Of a DNA stretch of 64,000 nt, positions 61,948-64,000 are shown piece after piece. Source of the stretch: Lama guanicoe (taxonomy: Eukaryota); assembly GCA_013239625.1 (NCBI GenBank), contig MU054187.1, positions 8,466,358-8,530,357 of the forward strand, given 5' to 3'. A program made the translations under genes and the position numbers. Every line of letters starts with the position of its first letter. The stretch's first letter is position 1. The notes under the pieces are model-generated. The model had not been told where the DNA came from, made no database searches, and saw only the letters and a list, made by a program, of their open reading frames with translations.

Positions 61948-64000
61948 GTTTGTGTTATTTGCACAATCACTTTTCTCCTCCCATCTTGATCCGAGGTTCT
62001 GTCTACCTTAGATTCACATTGCTCAGACCCAGAGCCGTCTGTGACAGCCTCCCACGCTGGCCTAGGGGGTCGCCAGGGCCTGATGCAGGCGTTCCTGTCC
62101 CTCTTCTCCTTCCTGCACATCACACGCCTTCACCTCCCCCTAACGTGGTGCTTGGTAACCCTTCCTACCAAACTCCTCTACCTAACGCAGAGAAGAGGGT
62201 TTAAGCTGCATGTGATCTGCTTCTGGCCTTGTACCTGCGGGCTGAAATGATGATAGCTCTTTCCATGCTTTAACTTCAAAATCGAGAAAATATTAATACC
62301 CACTAATGCAAAAATAATGTTTTAAATATCTTAGCTCAAATAATTTTCTGCCTCCACCTGACCTCGTGAGTAAAACCAATGCTCTGTGAAAGTATGTCTT
62401 GTTCATCCTGGACATTTTTCCCTCCTGGTACAATACCTGAATTTCTTTGGGGGGTACTCATACTTGAAAAGCCATGCCTGAACCCCAACCTGGACTTCCT
62501 TTGGGGCATTACACTGGTTAATCAGGACAAGTGCGTTTTAGTCTGTTCTGTCATCGCCTCCACGCCTGAACCTTGGCAGGTGCTGAAATGGCCACCAGGT
62601 CTAGGGGAAGGGATTTGAGCCAGACTCAAGGATGTTGGGAGATTAGAACCCTTGTGAAGGCTCAAAAGAAACAAGGGTCTGGGGAGGTGGTGGGCAGAGA
62701 AGTAGTGAACAGAGAGGGCATTTCAGAAGTTTGAGCTCTCAGAGGTTAAGTAGTCTGAGTGATGTGTTCAGGTCACAGATGCGGCCAATGTAGAGGGCAC
62801 GTTATGTGCAGAAGCAATGACGTTTACCAGAGTTCTGCAGTTTGAGGCTGACAGAAGTGGGACCAGCAGGCAACTGTTAGCTGTCACACTGAAGGACAAT
62901 TAATGTGATTTTAGCCACTTTGTGGTGGCCTCCAGCACCTCTCGATCAGTTGTATAAAGTCATCTCACTGACTCTTAAGCACGTATAGTGTATTGTAATT
63001 TTTGTCCCAAAGTGTTTTCTTTTTCATTTCTCAACATGGCTTCTTTTCATATAATAAGGAAGTTATAAGAACGAGACAAGAAATCCAACCCTTTGAAAGT
63101 GGATCAATACCAAGAAAACTCATCTCCATCTGGCACACAGACATTCTGAAACCACAGTTTGGAAACAGATATACCCAGCCTATTGAAAAGTGGTAACTCA
63201 ATGAGGTGCAAACAGTAATGGTTTAATTTTTCTCCAATCACTGCTTTTAACAGTGCTGTTGAGAAACTCTTCCAGGTGTTTTAATGACATCTGCCACAAA
63301 CTTAATTGTTCATGTGTCACTTTAAGGCATAACAATTCCAAACCAGTTTAACCCTATTGAAACCTTTGGTCTTTCATACAATTTTATGTTTCCCCTCCTC
63401 CCCTCTCCCCAGGGTCCGCCAGGCTTCGTTGAGGGATATGGCAGAGGAGGGCGGGGCAAGGCCTGCTCTGGGCATCTCTCCTTTCCTCCTCCCCGACCCG
63501 TCTCCTGCCTCAAGGCCTTTACTTCTCCCTGGTGTTGAGGCACGGAAAGGTCAGGGCTGGAGAAAGCACACATGTATCAGGTGACTCTGGAATTGCACTC
63601 TTAAACATTCAATCAGGGATGGCAACCAGCAGCCATCAGTGCCTTCTGTGTAGAAAACATCCAAGCGCTGACGCTCTTAAGGGGCTCTGTGTGTGTGTCC
63701 CTCCAGGGGGCTGGATAAGGCCTCCCTGCTGCCCAGCTCCTGGGGGAAAGGATGTATTCTTGGAGGACTTCTGACCTCTGAGCCCCCTTCCCTGATGGTC
63801 TACCCCATAGATTTTGCTCCTATATGTCTTTCTCCAGGTGCCTGCGCCTCTTAGATGGGATGGGGGACGCATAAGATGAGTCAAACCTGGTACCTGAATG
63901 GTGTTCATTTGATTAATAAGAAACCCATACACCCTTGCCGCCCCAAAGTGTGTTGATGCGGGCCATTTCATTTTGCCTATTTTCCAGTTCTCTCTCTTCC

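Noticed and set aside
1..64000. CRISPR arrays, operons, rRNA or other prokaryotic systems
   Set aside because: The sequence is mammalian; no regularly spaced repeat-spacer array or gene-dense region was seen.

Overview
Mammalian genomic DNA, very likely a camelid (one Vic-1-type tRNA-derived SINE; no Alu, B1, Bov-A, CHR or PRE1 seen). The only protein-coding sequence I can support is the first coding exon of CYP7B1 (oxysterol/steroid 7-alpha-hydroxylase) on the minus strand at 40553-40665, inside a TATA-less CpG island (~40320-41280) that contains a 21-N assembly gap. Bases 1-40552 are the 5' part of its very large intron 1 (no exon 2 found); 41300-64000 is upstream intergenic DNA. The rest is mostly transposable-element relics (L1, L2, MIR, MaLR/ERVL/ERV1 LTRs, hAT and Tigger elements) and microsatellites. 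Repeat family names come from recalled consensus sequences, and boundaries are approximate unless a target-site duplication (TSD) or terminal inverted repeat (TIR) is cited. The listed six-frame ORFs are chance or TE-derived. Most notable observations: an apparent start-codon swap in CYP7B1 (human Met1 position is ACG, human Thr9 position is ATG), a candidate SOX/POU/E-box neural enhancer in intron 1, two twin-primed L1 insertions, an open Tigger7 DNA-binding-domain ORF, nested LTRs and CpG-rich patches in ancient repeats. I found no convincing evidence of a wholly new biological system.
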